Notes under the pieces: generated by a model
The model's database searches: none
What the model was told of the DNA's origin: nothing
Seen by the model: the letters and a program-made list of their open reading frames with translations, nothing else
NCBI RefSeq assembly: GCF_003334255.1
Contig: NZ_QOWU01000014.1
Source of the DNA: Escherichia coli
Lineage (GTDB): Bacteria > Pseudomonadota > Gammaproteobacteria > Enterobacterales > Enterobacteriaceae
Length of the DNA: 64,000 nt
Strand: one strand, 5' to 3'
Shown here: piece after piece, positions 14,831 to 28,463 of the stretch
Position numbering within the stretch: position 1 is the stretch's first letter
How the letters are laid out: each line of letters starts with the position of its first letter
Translations under genes and position numbers: made by a program

Positions 14831-14846
14831 CTGTATTTATATACAG
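14831..14846. promoter_or_regulatory. LexA (SOS) box-like palindrome CTGTATTTATATACAG upstream of dinD
   Basis: CTGT-N8-ACAG palindrome about 50 bp upstream of the dinD start; coordinates hand-counted, +/-2 bp. Confidence 0.6.
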
Positions 14847-15005
14847 TTGTGAGTATCTCACGTTCTCAGTGTGCTGGGCAAAAAAACATCGCAAAATCTG
14901 GAGCAGGCACGCAAAACAGAATTGAAGTTGCGGGGAAGAAAAATGCCGCTCTGTTTGAGTGGGCGGCATTTGTGAAGGCTGAAAAGTAAGAATTAGTGTT
15001 ACGAG

Positions 15006-15869
15006 TTACTCAATATTCTGAATCTGCTCGCGCATCTGCTCAATCAACACTTTCAGCTCGATGGCGGAGTTTGTCACTTCGGCATTGATAGATTTCGACG
15101 CAAGAGTGTTCGACTCGCGGTTGAATTCCTGCATCATAAAGTCCAGACGACGACCAACGGCTTCTTTTTTCTTCAGAATGTTGTAGGTCTCTTTGACATG
15201 CGCTTCCAGGCGGTCCAGTTCTTCGGCAACGTCAATTCGTTGTGCCAGCAGAACCAACTCCTGCTCCAGACGGTTGTTTTCCAACTGAACCTGAGCATCT
15301 TCCAGCTTCGCGACCAGACGCTCACGCTGCCATTGCAGGATTTCCGGCATATGGGCGCGGACTTTGACCACTTCGGCGGTGACGCCTTCCAGACGCTGCT
15401 CGATCAATGCTTTCAGTGCCTGACCTTCGGTTTCGCGCGCGACAATAAAGTCGTCCAGCGTACCATCCAGCGCCGCGAGAATTTCAGCGGCAATGGCGTC
15501 GAGATCCTGCTCCTGGGCTGCCATCACGCCCGGCCAGCGCAGAATATCAACCGGGTTGATTTCCCCTTCGTCACTCTGCATTTTTACCCAGTTCGCGGCA
15601 GTTACCAGCTGTTTAGCCAGTTTTTCATTGAGGATCAGCTCACCTTGTGCGCTAACATCTGGCTCATAGCGCAGGGTACATTCCACTTTACCGCGCGTCA
15701 GGCGAGAACGAATACGCTCGCGAACGACAGGTTCAAGGCTACGGAACTGCTCCGGCAGACGAAAGTAAGTTTCCAGATAACGCTGGTTTACCGAGCGCAT
15801 TTCCCAGGTTGCGCTCCCCCATTCACCCTTGATTTCACGCCGGGCGTAGGCGGTCATACTGCGGATCAT
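15006..15869 (-). CDS. yicC: YicC-family stress-induced protein
   Basis: 287-aa ORF divergent from rph. Confidence 0.85.
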   Translation of the reverse strand: MIRSMTAYARREIKGEWGSATWEMRSVNQRYLETYFRLPEQFRSLEPVVRERIRSRLTRGKVECTLRYEPDVSAQGELILNEKLAKQLVTAANWVKMQSDEGEINPVDILRWPGVMAAQEQDLDAIAAEILAALDGTLDDFIVARETEGQALKALIEQRLEGVTAEVVKVRAHMPEILQWQRERLVAKLEDAQVQLENNRLEQELVLLAQRIDVAEELDRLEAHVKETYNILKKKEAVGRRLDFMMQEFNRESNTLASKSINAEVTNSAIELKVLIEQMREQIQNIE

Positions 15870-15995
15870 AGACGTTCCTGTTTATAAAAGGAGAGGTGGA
15901 AGGATTATAGCCATCGATGCCTTGTCAGGATAGGAATAACCGCCGGAAGTCCGTATAATGCGCAGCCACATTTGTTTCAAGCCGGAGATTTCAAT

Positions 15996-16712
15996 ATGCG
16001 TCCAGCAGGCCGTAGCAATAATCAGGTGCGTCCCGTTACCCTGACTCGTAACTATACAAAACATGCAGAAGGCTCGGTGCTGGTCGAATTTGGCGATACC
16101 AAAGTGTTGTGTACCGCCTCTATTGAAGAAGGCGTGCCGCGCTTCCTGAAAGGTCAGGACCAGGGCTGGATCACCGCAGAGTACGGCATGCTGCCACGTT
16201 CTACCCACACCCGTAACGCTCGTGAAGCGGCGAAAGGTAAGCAGGGTGGACGCACAATGGAAATCCAGCGTCTGATCGCCCGTGCTCTTCGCGCGGCAGT
16301 AGATTTGAAAGCGCTGGGTGAGTTCACCATTACGCTGGACTGCGACGTGCTTCAGGCTGATGGTGGCACGCGTACCGCGTCGATTACGGGTGCCTGCGTG
16401 GCGCTGGCAGATGCGCTACAGAAGCTGGTGGAAAACGGCAAGCTGAAAACCAACCCGATGAAAGGGATGGTAGCCGCAGTTTCTGTCGGTATTGTAAACG
16501 GTGAAGCAATTTGCGATCTGGAATACGTTGAAGACTCAGCCGCAGAGACCGACATGAACGTAGTGATGACCGAAGACGGGCGCATCATTGAAGTGCAGGG
16601 GACGGCAGAAGGCGAGCCGTTCACCCATGAAGAGCTACTCACCTTGTTGGCGCTGGCCCGAGGGGGAATCGAATCCATTGTAGCGACGCAGAAGGCGGCG
16701 CTGGCAAACTGA
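15996..16712 (+). CDS. rph: ribonuclease PH, full length
   Basis: 238 aa from [14 protein letters not shown] to ...[13 protein letters not shown] with no frameshift before the stop. Confidence 0.93.
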   Translation: MRPAGRSNNQVRPVTLTRNYTKHAEGSVLVEFGDTKVLCTASIEEGVPRFLKGQDQGWITAEYGMLPRSTHTRNAREAAKGKQGGRTMEIQRLIARALRAAVDLKALGEFTITLDCDVLQADGGTRTASITGACVALADALQKLVENGKLKTNPMKGMVAAVSVGIVNGEAICDLEYVEDSAAETDMNVVMTEDGRIIEVQGTAEGEPFTHEELLTLLALARGGIESIVATQKAALAN

Positions 16713-16717
16713 TTTTT

Positions 16718-16746
16718 AAGGCGACTGATGAGTCGCCTTTTTTTTG
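16718..16746 (+). terminator. rph-pyrE intercistronic attenuator hairpin with T-run
   Basis: AGGCGACT-GATG-AGTCGCCT stem-loop followed by a run of T, directly upstream of pyrE. Confidence 0.8.
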
Positions 16747-16777
16747 TCTGTAGAAAAGTAAGATGAGGAGCGAAGGC

Positions 16778-17419
16778 ATGAAACCATATCAGCGCCAGTT
16801 TATTGAATTTGCGCTTAGCAAGCAGGTGTTAAAGTTTGGCGAGTTTACGCTGAAATCCGGGCGCAAAAGCCCCTATTTCTTCAACGCCGGGCTGTTTAAT
16901 ACCGGGCGCGACCTGGCACTGTTAGGCCGTTTTTACGCTGAAGCATTGGTGGATTCTGGCATTGAGTTCGATCTGCTGTTTGGCCCTGCTTACAAAGGGA
17001 TCCCGATTGCGACCACTACCGCCGTGGCGCTGGCGGAGCATCATGACCTTGACCTGCCGTACTGCTTTAACCGCAAAGAGGCAAAAGACCACGGTGAAGG
17101 CGGCAATCTGGTTGGTAGCGCGTTACAAGGACGCGTAATGCTGGTAGATGATGTGATCACCGCCGGAACGGCGATTCGCGAATCGATGGAGATTATTCAG
17201 GCTAATGGCGCGACGCTTGCTGGCGTATTGATTTCGCTTGATCGTCAGGAACGGGGGCGCGGCGAGATTTCGGCGATTCAGGAAGTTGAGCGTGATTACA
17301 ACTGCAAAGTGATCTCTATCATCACCCTGAAAGATCTGATTGCCTATCTGGAAGAGAAGCCGGAAATGGCGGAACATCTGGCGGCGGTTAAGGCCTATCG
17401 CGAAGAGTTTGGCGTTTAA
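16778..17419 (+). CDS. pyrE: orotate phosphoribosyltransferase
   Basis: 213 aa from internal ATG ([13 protein letters not shown]); PRPP-binding motif [13 protein letters not shown]. Confidence 0.93.
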
Positions 17420-17455
17420 AGAAACTCGCCGGATGAAAAGTCATCCGGCGTCATA

Positions 17456-18052
17456 TTACTGCAACTGCGCGGCAATTAGCGGCCAGCGGGCGTCAAAATC
17501 ATCCGTCGGGCGGTATTTAAATTCGCTGCGGACAAAACGTGACAGCATACCTTCACAGAAGGCCAGGATCTGGCTTGCCAGCAGGGTTTCATCGGTGGTG
17601 TAACCTTCACCCTCACGCATTCTCTTTTCACGCAATACCTGACGCAGCTGCGCTTCAATACGCTCGAACAGCTGGTTGATACGCCCTTGCAGGCGATCCT
17701 GTTCAAACATCAGCGCATGACCAGTGAGGATGCGGGTCAGGCCAGGATTACGCTCACCAAAACCGAGAAGCAGCAACACAATCAGACGCAGGCGCGCTGT
17801 GGTGTCTTTCTCATCTTTCAGAATCAGGTTGATGCGAGTAATCAGGCTATCTTCGATAAACTCAATCAGGCTATCGAACATGCGGGTCTTACTGGGGAAG
17901 TGGCGATACAGTGCCGCTTCGGAAACGCCGACAGAGGCGGCCAGTTTTGCCGTCGTGATACGTTGGCTTCCATCGCTGGATTCCAGCATCAGCGCCAGAG
18001 ACTGAAGTATTTCCTCGCGACGGTTCCTTTTCGCAGTTTGTTTTTCTGCCAT
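17456..18052 (-). CDS. slmA: nucleoid occlusion factor SlmA (TetR family)
   Basis: 198 aa from internal ATG ([16 protein letters not shown]); helix-turn-helix near N-terminus. Confidence 0.9.
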
Positions 18053-18158
18053 GTTACAAAATACCCCTGAAAATAAGCACTTGCCAGGCGGCACCCACGC
18101 TATGACCGCAAACGAAATGTTTGCGGCTATGTTATGACGTTATTCGGATGCGTATGTG

Positions 18159-18617
18159 TTACTGACGACCAGAGTGACCAAAGCCGCCTTCACCGCGGTC
18201 GGTGGCGTCGAAATCTTCCACCAGATTAAATTCAGCCTGTACTACCGGAACAAAAATCATCTGGGCGATGCGTTCGCCAGGTTGAATGGTGAAGCTGTCC
18301 TGACCACGGTTCCAAACGGAAATCATCAACTGGCCCTGATAGTCAGAATCGATCAATCCTACCAGGTTACCAAGCACGATACCGTGCTTATGTCCCAATC
18401 CGGAGCGCGGCAGCATCATTGCCGCCAGTGAAGGATCGGCAATATGAATCGCCAGCCCGGTCGGAACCAGCGTAGTGTCACCCGGAGCCAGTTCTACGGC
18501 GTCGTCGAGACAGGCACGCAGGTCAAGTCCGGCAGAGCCAGAGGTGGCATAAGTCGGGAGCGGAAATTCCTTCCCAACGCGCGGGTCCAGAATCTTAACG
18601 TCGATTTTTTTCATCAT
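18159..18617 (-). CDS. dut: dUTP diphosphatase
   Basis: 152 aa [35 protein letters not shown]. Confidence 0.93.
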
Positions 18618-19815
18618 AACGGGTCACGATCTCGTCGAGTAATAATTGGCCAAGGAGCTCTTTGCGCTCAAGCGGTAAGACTTTATCTCCGTCCTGCCAG
18701 AAAAGGTGTAATGCGTTGTTGTCGCTGTTAAATCCTTGAGTTGGCTGGGAAACATCGTTCGCGCAGATCAGATCAAGGTTTTTACGGATACGTTTTTGCC
18801 GGGCGTATTCTTCCACATTATTTGTTTCGGCGGCAAATCCAACGACGTAGGGTCGATGGTCTTTTAGTGCGGCAACGCCTGCGACGATATCGGGGTTTTT
18901 AACCATTTTTATTGTTAATTCATCACCCTGCGTGGCCTGCTTTTTGATTTTTTCTGGGGCCACGGTAGCTGCGCGATAATCCGCCACGGCGGCGCAACCG
19001 ATAAAAATATTTTGCTGCTGTACAGAAGCATTCACGGCGGCTTCCATTTCCAGCGCGGTCATCACATCAACACGTTTAACAAACGGTGGCGTCGGTAGTG
19101 AAACCGGACCTGATACCAGCGTGACGTTCGCGCCACGACGGGCAGCGGCGGCGGCGATAGCAAAACCCATCTTGCCGGAGCTGTGATTAGAGATATAACG
19201 CACCGGATCGAGCGGTTCACGCGTCGGGCCGGCGGTAATCATAATGTTCAGATGTTTCAGGTCGTTGACGGGCGAAAAATGCGCTACCGCCATATCCACA
19301 ATGGTTAATGGATCGAGCATTCGCCCTGGGCCGATATCACCACAAGCCTGACTGCCACTGTCTGGCCCCCAGATCAGCAAACCACGGGAAGCAAGCACCT
19401 CTAAATTATGCTGCGTGGCAGCGGCACGGTACATCTGCTGGTTCATGGCGGGGAGCACGGCTACAGGCGCAGGTGTAGCCAGACAAATCGTCGATACCAG
19501 GTCATTCGCCATTCCGGCAGCAACACGGGCAATCAAATCTGCCGTGGCAGGGGCGAGAATCACTAAATCAGCCCATTTACCCAGCTCAATATGGCCCATA
19601 GCGGCTTCGGCTGCCGGGTCCAGCAGACTGTCGGAAACGGGATAACCAGAAACCGCCTGCAAGCTAAGTGGGGTGATAAAGGCTTTTGCCGCTTCGGTCA
19701 TGGCTACGCGGACGTCGGCCCCGCGATCGCGCAAACGACGCACCAGTTCAGGGGTTTTATAGGCAGCAATACCGCCGCTAACGCCGAGAACGATTTTTTT
19801 ACCGGCCAGGCTCAT
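18595..19815 (-). CDS. coaBC: bifunctional phosphopantothenoylcysteine decarboxylase / synthetase
   Basis: 406 aa from internal ATG ([20 protein letters not shown]); overlaps dut start. Confidence 0.92.
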
Positions 19816-19986
19816 GATGATTTTTCCTGTTGGGTGACACCAGAAGTTGGCGATTTTATCACAATACTTTTGTTGTCGTGCCTTCACCTGAGATTCACTT
19901 TGCGAGGCTCTTTCCAGGATTGAAAACTGGCCGTCGATTTAACGGAACGACTATGACAGGATGCGAGCACCACAAAGGAGGTGAAG

Positions 19987-20655
19987 GTGAAAAACAATGC
20001 ACAGCTGTTGATGCCGCGCGAAAAAATGCTGAAGTTTGGTATTAGCGCCTTAACGGATGTCGAGCTGCTGGCGCTATTTCTGCGTACCGGAACGCGCGGT
20101 AAAGATGTATTAACCCTGGCAAAAGAGATGCTGGAGAATTTCGGCTCTCTTTATGGCTTGTTAACCTCTGAATATGAACAATTTAGTGGTGTTCATGGAA
20201 TTGGCGTAGCGAAATTTGCCCAGTTAAAGGGGATTGCTGAACTGGCGCGACGTTACTACAACGTGCGGATGCGTGAAGAAAGCCCTTTACTCAGCCCGGA
20301 GATGACGCGGGAATTTTTACAAAGCCAGCTCACGGGTGAGGAGCGGGAGATCTTTATGGTGATCTTTCTCGACTCCCAACACCGGGTTATAACGCATAGC
20401 CGTCTTTTTTCCGGCACGCTAAACCATGTTGAAGTCCATCCTCGGGAAATTATCCGCGAAGCGATAAAAATAAACGCCTCGGCGCTGATCCTTGCACATA
20501 ATCATCCTTCGGGTTGTGCTGAACCCAGTAAAGCGGATAAACTCATTACTGAACGGATAATAAAGAGTTGTCAGTTCATGGATTTACGCGTGCTCGACCA
20601 TATCGTGATTGGGCGTGGAGAGTATGTTTCTTTTGCCGAACGCGGCTGGATTTAA
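19987..20655 (+). CDS. radC: RadC-like JAB-domain protein
   Basis: 222 aa from second GTG, which has better spacing to the AAAGGAG ribosome-binding site; HNHPSG motif present. Confidence 0.85.
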
Positions 20656-20850
20656 CCCGCTATGCGCGATCCTTCGGGATCTTTGTCTGTTCGGGACTTG
20701 AGCACATCGCTGAGTCAGCGTATACTACGCCACCTTTGAGAATCTCGGGTTTGGCATTTGGGCCTGGCAATCGAGAGTTCACATAGAACTGCGATGACCG
20801 GGCTGTAAAGCCTGACGAGGCGCCAATACCCCATACGAAGCTCGAGCTAA

Positions 20851-21108
<258 letters not shown>

Positions 21109-21125
21109 GTACTTAGAGGAAATAA

Positions 21126-21296
<171 letters not shown>

Positions 21297-21320
21297 TTCT
21301 CGCTTTGATGTAACGAAAAA

Positions 21321-21343
21321 CCTCGCTCCGGCGGGGTTTTTTG
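21321..21343 (+). terminator. rho-independent terminator after rpmG
   Basis: CCTCGC-TCCG-GCGGGG stem-loop followed by TTTTTT. Confidence 0.7.
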
Positions 21344-21393
21344 TTATCTGCTTACCCCCATATTGATTGCATCTGTTCATTCCTGGAGATGCT

Positions 21394-22203
21394 ATGCCTG
21401 AATTACCCGAAGTTGAAACCAGCCGCCGCGGCATAGAACCGCATCTCGTTGGTGCAACCATTCTTCATGCTGTGGTGCGCAACGGACGCTTGCGCTGGCC
21501 GGTTTCAGAAGAGATCTACCGATTAAGCGATCAACCAGTGCTTAGCGTGCAGCGGCGGGCTAAATATCTGCTGCTGGAGCTGCCTGAGGGCTGGATTATC
21601 ATTCATTTGGGGATGTCTGGCAGCCTGCGCATCCTTCCAGAAGAACTTCCCCCTGAGAAGCATGACCATGTTGATTTGGTGATGAGCAACGGCAAAGTGC
21701 TGCGCTACACCGATCCGCGCCGCTTTGGTGCCTGGCTGTGGACCAAAGAGCTGGAAGGGCACAACGTGCTGGCCCATCTTGGACCGGAGCCGCTTAGCGA
21801 CGATTTCAACGGTGAGTACCTGCATCAGAAGTGCGCGAAGAAAAAAACGGCGATTAAACCGTGGCTGATGGATAACAAGCTGGTGGTAGGGGTAGGTAAT
21901 ATTTATGCCAGCGAATCACTGTTTGCGGCGGGGATCCATCCGGATCGGCTGGCGTCATCACTGTCGCTGGCAGAGTGTGAATTGTTAGCTCGGGTGATTA
22001 AAGCGGTGTTGCTGCGTTCGATTGAGCAGGGTGGTACAACGCTGAAAGATTTTCTGCAAAGTGATGGTAAACCGGGCTATTTCGCGCAGGAATTGCAGGT
22101 TTACGGGCGAAAAGGCGAGCCGTGTCGGGTGTGCGGTACGCCGATTGTGGCGACTAAACATGCGCAGCGGGCAACGTTTTATTGTCGGCAGTGCCAGAAG
22201 TAA
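21394..22203 (+). CDS. mutM: formamidopyrimidine-DNA glycosylase
   Basis: 269 aa from internal ATG ([20 protein letters not shown]); C-terminal zinc finger [26 protein letters not shown]. Confidence 0.93.
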
Positions 22204-22212
22204 TTCATGCGC

Positions 22213-22234
22213 GCCGGATGGCATACCATCCGGC
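22213..22234. other. perfect palindrome GCCGGATGG-CATA-CCATCCGGC between convergent mutM and coaD
   Basis: 9-bp inverted repeat in the 38-bp gap between the two stop codons; no T-run on either side. Confidence 0.5.
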
Positions 22235-22241
22235 ATAAACG

Positions 22242-24006
<1,765 letters not shown>

Positions 24007-24357
24007 AGTAAATAGCTGACTTATGGATGTGCTGGGGATTCTATGTATTTAGCTGTGGCTTTACCATTACTTTTCCCGTTTTTGACTTAAATAGCAATTT
24101 ACCCGCCAATTCTTGCTGAACATCTATACTTTTTTTGTATTTTTATGCGATTCATTGATTTCTGCTGTACGTGCAGGAAGGAATCGCAGAGCAACAGTGA
24201 AAGAATATGGTTGCTAATGATTTTATTTGATTGATTTCTTTATTGAAAATCAACAATGTGCTTAAAAATCATTCGGGTCGGATTGCCGCGAAAGAAGTGA
24301 TACACTAGCGCGTCAATATCAGTGCGGTATCAGTATTCAGGTAGCTGTTGAGCCTGG

Positions 24358-24369
24358 GGCGGTAGCGTG
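24358..24369 (+). promoter_or_regulatory. ops element GGCGGTAGCGTG (RfaH recruitment site) in the waaQ leader
   Basis: exact 12-mer about 50 bp upstream of the waaQ start. Confidence 0.8.
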
Positions 24370-24418
24370 CTTTTTCTGCTTCACCTTAATCGGATAATCT
24401 CAACAAAAAGAGTTACTT

Positions 24419-25477
24419 GTGGATAAGCCATTTCGAAGAATTTTGCTCATTAAGATGCGTTTTCATGGGGATATGTTATTAACTACTCCCGTCATTAGTT
24501 CGCTGAAAAAAAATTACCCTGACGCAAAAATCGATGTGCTGCTTTATCAGGACACCATCCCGATCCTGTCTGAAAATCCAGAGATTAACGCGCTCTACGG
24601 CATAAAAAATAAAAAAGCAAAAGCCTCAGAAAAAATTGCCAACTTTTTTCATCTCATCAAGGTATTACGTGCCAATAAGTATGACCTTATCGTCAATCTT
24701 ACCGATCAATGGATGGTTGCTATACTGGTTCGCTTATTAAATGCTCGTGTGAAAATTTCCCAGGATTATCATCATCGGCAGTCTGCTTTTTGGCGTAAAA
24801 GTTTCACCCATTTGGTGCCGTTGCAGGGTGGAAATGTGGTGGAAAGTAACTTATCCGTGCTGACACCATTGGGACTTGATTCGTTGGTGAAGCAGACAAC
24901 CATGAGTTACCCGCCTGCAAGCTGGAAACGTATGCGTCGCGAACTTGATCACGCTGGTGTTGGACAAAATTATGTGGTTATCCAACCTACGGCGCGGCAA
25001 ATCTTCAAATGCTGGGACAACGCCAAGTTTTCCGCTGTGATTGATGCCTTACATGCTAGTGGTTATGAAGTCGTTCTGACGTCCGGCCCGGATAAAGACG
25101 ATCTGGCCTGCGTCAATGAAATTGCGCAGGGATGCCAGACGCCACCAGTAACGGCGCTGGCTGGAAAGGTGACCTTCCCGGAACTTGGTGCGTTAATCGA
25201 TCATGCGCAGCTGTTTATTGGCGTTGATTCCGCACCGGCGCATATTGCCGCTGCAGTTAATACGCCGCTGATATCGCTGTTTGGTGCGACAGACCATATT
25301 TTCTGGCGTCCCTGGTCAAATAACATGATTCAATTCTGGGCGGGAGATTACCGGGAAATGCCAACGCGCGATCAGCGTGACCGAAATGAGATGTATCTTT
25401 CGGTTATTCCGGCGGCAGATGTCATTGCTGCTGTCGATAAATTACTGCCCTTCTCCACGACAGGTACGTCGTTATGA
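24419..25477 (+). CDS. waaQ: LPS heptosyltransferase III (GT9)
   Basis: GT9 N-terminal motif RILLIKMRFHGDMLLTTPVISSL; GTG start as in ORF track, ATG at 24455 is the alternative. Confidence 0.85.
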   Translation: MDKPFRRILLIKMRFHGDMLLTTPVISSLKKNYPDAKIDVLLYQDTIPILSENPEINALYGIKNKKAKASEKIANFFHLIKVLRANKYDLIVNLTDQWMVAILVRLLNARVKISQDYHHRQSAFWRKSFTHLVPLQGGNVVESNLSVLTPLGLDSLVKQTTMSYPPASWKRMRRELDHAGVGQNYVVIQPTARQIFKCWDNAKFSAVIDALHASGYEVVLTSGPDKDDLACVNEIAQGCQTPPVTALAGKVTFPELGALIDHAQLFIGVDSAPAHIAAAVNTPLISLFGATDHIFWRPWSNNMIQFWAGDYREMPTRDQRDRNEMYLSVIPAADVIAAVDKLLPFSTTGTSL

Positions 25478-26598
25478 TCGTTGCTTTTTGTTTATATAAA
25501 TATTTTCCCTTTGGCGGTTTGCAGCGCGATTTTATGCGTATTGCTCAGACAGTCGCCGCCCGAGGTCATCATGTTCGGGTTTATACCCAGTCGTGGGAAG
25601 GCGAATGCCCTGATGTATTTGAACTGATCAAAGTGCCGGTTAAATCGCATACCAATCACGGGCGCAATGCGGAGTATTTTACCTGGGTGCAAAAACATTT
25701 ACGCGAACATCCCGTCGATAAAGTCGTTGGATTCAACAAAATGCCGGGGCTGGACGTTTATTATGCCGCTGATGTTTGTTATGCCGAGAAAGTAGCGCAG
25801 GAGAAAGGCTTTTTCTATCGCCTGACGTCACGTTATCGCCATTATGCCGCCTTTGAGCGGGCAACCTTCGAACAGGGCAAGCCGACACAGCTGCTGATGC
25901 TGACAGATAAGCAAATCGCCGATTTCCAGAAACATTATCAGACTGAAGCGGAGCGTTTTCATATTCTGCCACCGGGGATTTATCCTGATCGTAAATATAG
26001 CCAGCAGCCAGCCAATAGCCGTGAAATCTTCCGTAAGAAGAATGGAATAACCGAACAACAATATTTATTGTTGCAGGTCGGTTCAGACTTCACGCGTAAA
26101 GGTGTCGATCGTTCCATTGAAGCACTTGCTTCTTTACCGGATTCGCTGCGCCACAACACATTGCTATATGTTGTTGGGCAGGATAAACCGCGAAAATTTG
26201 AGGCGCTGGCAGAAAAACGCGGCGTGCGCAGTAATGTTCACTTCTTCTCGGGGCGCAATGATGTCTCGGAATTAATGGCGGCGGCGGATTTATTACTGCA
26301 TCCTGCCTACCAGGAAGCGGCGGGAATTGTGCTGCTGGAAGCGATTACTGCAGGATTACCGGTACTAACAACAGCCGTTTGTGGCTATGCGCCTTATATT
26401 GTCGAGGCCAATTGCGGCGAGGCTATTGCTGAGCCATTCCGCCAGGAAACATTGAATGAGATTTTACGCAAAGCGTTAACGCAATCTTCATTGCGCCAGG
26501 CCTGGGCGGAAAATGCGCGACATTATGCTGATACACAAGATTTATACAGTCTGCCAGAGAAAGCGGCGGATATCATAACGGGTGGTCTGGATGGTTGA
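25474..26598 (+). CDS. waaG: LPS glucosyltransferase I (GT4)
   Basis: 374-aa ORF overlapping waaQ stop by 4 bp. Confidence 0.9.
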   Translation: MIVAFCLYKYFPFGGLQRDFMRIAQTVAARGHHVRVYTQSWEGECPDVFELIKVPVKSHTNHGRNAEYFTWVQKHLREHPVDKVVGFNKMPGLDVYYAADVCYAEKVAQEKGFFYRLTSRYRHYAAFERATFEQGKPTQLLMLTDKQIADFQKHYQTEAERFHILPPGIYPDRKYSQQPANSREIFRKKNGITEQQYLLLQVGSDFTRKGVDRSIEALASLPDSLRHNTLLYVVGQDKPRKFEALAEKRGVRSNVHFFSGRNDVSELMAAADLLLHPAYQEAAGIVLLEAITAGLPVLTTAVCGYAPYIVEANCGEAIAEPFRQETLNEILRKALTQSSLRQAWAENARHYADTQDLYSLPEKAADIITGGLDG

Positions 26599-27388
26599 AC
26601 TTAAAGAGCCGTTTGCCACGTTATGGCGCGGTAAAGATCCTTTTGAGGAAGTTAAAACCTTGCAGGGTGAGATATTTCGTGAACTGGAAACTCGCCGTAC
26701 TCTGCGCTTTGAAATGGCGGGAAAAAGCTATTTTCTCAAATGGCATCGCGGCACGACCCTGAAAGAGATAATCAAAAATTTACTCTCATTGCGGATGCCA
26801 GTATTAGGCGCAGACCGCGAATGGAATGCGATTCATCGACTGCGGGATGTCGGCGTTGATACTATGTATGGGGTGGCATTCGGCGAAAAAGGCATGAATC
26901 CGCTGACCAGAACCTCGTTTATTATTACCGAAGATCTGACACCAACCATAAGTCTGGAAGATTACTGTGCTGACTGGGCGACCAACCCACCAGATGTTCG
27001 CGTAAAGCGTATGCTTATTAAGCGTGTCGCGACGATGGTGCGCGATATGCATGCTGCGGGCATTAATCACCGTGACTGTTATATCTGTCATTTCCTGCTG
27101 CACTTGCCTTTTTCCGGTAAGGAAGAGGAGTTAAAAATTTCGGTAATTGACCTGCACCGGGCGCAGCTTCGCACGCGCGTTCCACGTCGTTGGCGCGATA
27201 AAGATCTTATTGGACTTTATTTTTCTTCGATGAATATTGGCCTGACTCAGCGGGATATCTGGCGGTTTATGAAGGTGTATTTTGCCGCTCCGCTTAAAGA
27301 CATTCTCAAGCAGGAACAAGGACTGCTGTTGCAAGCAGAAGCAAAAGCCACAAAAATCAGGGAAAGAACGATTCGAAAATCGTTGTAA
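26591..27388 (+). CDS. waaP: LPS core heptose(I) kinase
   Basis: 265 aa from internal ATG ([21 protein letters not shown]). Confidence 0.9.
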   Translation: MVELKEPFATLWRGKDPFEEVKTLQGEIFRELETRRTLRFEMAGKSYFLKWHRGTTLKEIIKNLLSLRMPVLGADREWNAIHRLRDVGVDTMYGVAFGEKGMNPLTRTSFIITEDLTPTISLEDYCADWATNPPDVRVKRMLIKRVATMVRDMHAAGINHRDCYICHFLLHLPFSGKEEELKISVIDLHRAQLRTRVPRRWRDKDLIGLYFSSMNIGLTQRDIWRFMKVYFAAPLKDILKQEQGLLLQAEAKATKIRERTIRKSL

Positions 27389-27430
27389 CCCGTAACTTAT
27401 TTTTGCCAAAATTTTGGATACAGAATAAAT

Positions 27431-28438
27431 ATGTCTCAACTCAATGATAGTGACATCATCCTTTTTGAGTATAATTTTCATTATCAAAATATAAGATCTA
27501 AAAATACTCTTGATATAGCATTTGGTATTGACAGAAATTTTCTTTTTGGATGTGGTGTAGCCATCGCATCTATTCTATTAAACAATAGAGAAATCTCTTG
27601 TGAATTTCATGTTTTCACAGATTATATCAGTGATAAAGACAAATTATATTTTTCTGATTTAGCAAAACAATATAATTCAAGAATTAATATTTATGTTATC
27701 AATTGTGATAAGCTGAAGTCATTACCAAGCACGAAAAACTGGACTTACGCAACATATTTTCGATTTATAATTGCAGATTATTTCTATCATAAACATGAAA
27801 AAATACTATATCTTGATGCAGATATTGCTTGCAAGGGTAGTATTAAAGAACTCTTAGATTATCAATTTTCTACTAATGAAATTGCCGCAGTTGTAGCTGA
27901 AAGAGATGTTGAATGGTGGCAAAATCGAGCCTCGGTATTAACTACACCACAGTTAGCTTCTGGATATTTCAATGCTGGTTTTTTACTGATAAATATTGAT
28001 GAGTGGAATCTAAATAACATTTCGTCAAAAGCTATTGAAATGTTGCGTGACCCAGATTGGGTAAGTAAAATCACCCACCTTGATCAAGATGTACTGAATG
28101 TATTATTGAATGGTAAAGTGAAGTTTATTTCGGAGAAATATAATACCCGATATAGTATTAACTATGAATTAAAAGACAAAGTTGATAATCCAGTCAATGA
28201 TGACACCGTGTTTATACACTATGTGGGACCTACAAAACCCTGGCATGAGTGGGCTGACTATCCGGTGTCACGTAGTTTTTTGATCGCCAAAGCAGCTTCT
28301 CCGTGGAGTAAAGAAGATTTACTTAAACCTGTAAATAGCAATCAGTATCGGTATTGTGCAAAACATAAATTTAAACAAAAGCATTATATGGCAGGCATTT
28401 TTAATTATTTAAAGTATTATAAAGAAAAATGCTTCTAA
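27431..28438 (+). CDS. waaI: GT8-family outer-core glycosyltransferase (WaaI-like)
   Basis: 335 aa with GT8 DxD motif YLDADIACKGSI; position after waaP fits the R3 gene order; AT-rich. Confidence 0.7.
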   Translation: MSQLNDSDIILFEYNFHYQNIRSKNTLDIAFGIDRNFLFGCGVAIASILLNNREISCEFHVFTDYISDKDKLYFSDLAKQYNSRINIYVINCDKLKSLPSTKNWTYATYFRFIIADYFYHKHEKILYLDADIACKGSIKELLDYQFSTNEIAAVVAERDVEWWQNRASVLTTPQLASGYFNAGFLLINIDEWNLNNISSKAIEMLRDPDWVSKITHLDQDVLNVLLNGKVKFISEKYNTRYSINYELKDKVDNPVNDDTVFIHYVGPTKPWHEWADYPVSRSFLIAKAASPWSKEDLLKPVNSNQYRYCAKHKFKQKHYMAGIFNYLKYYKEKCF

Positions 28439-28463
28439 AGATTTAAGGTTAAAATAATTCATT

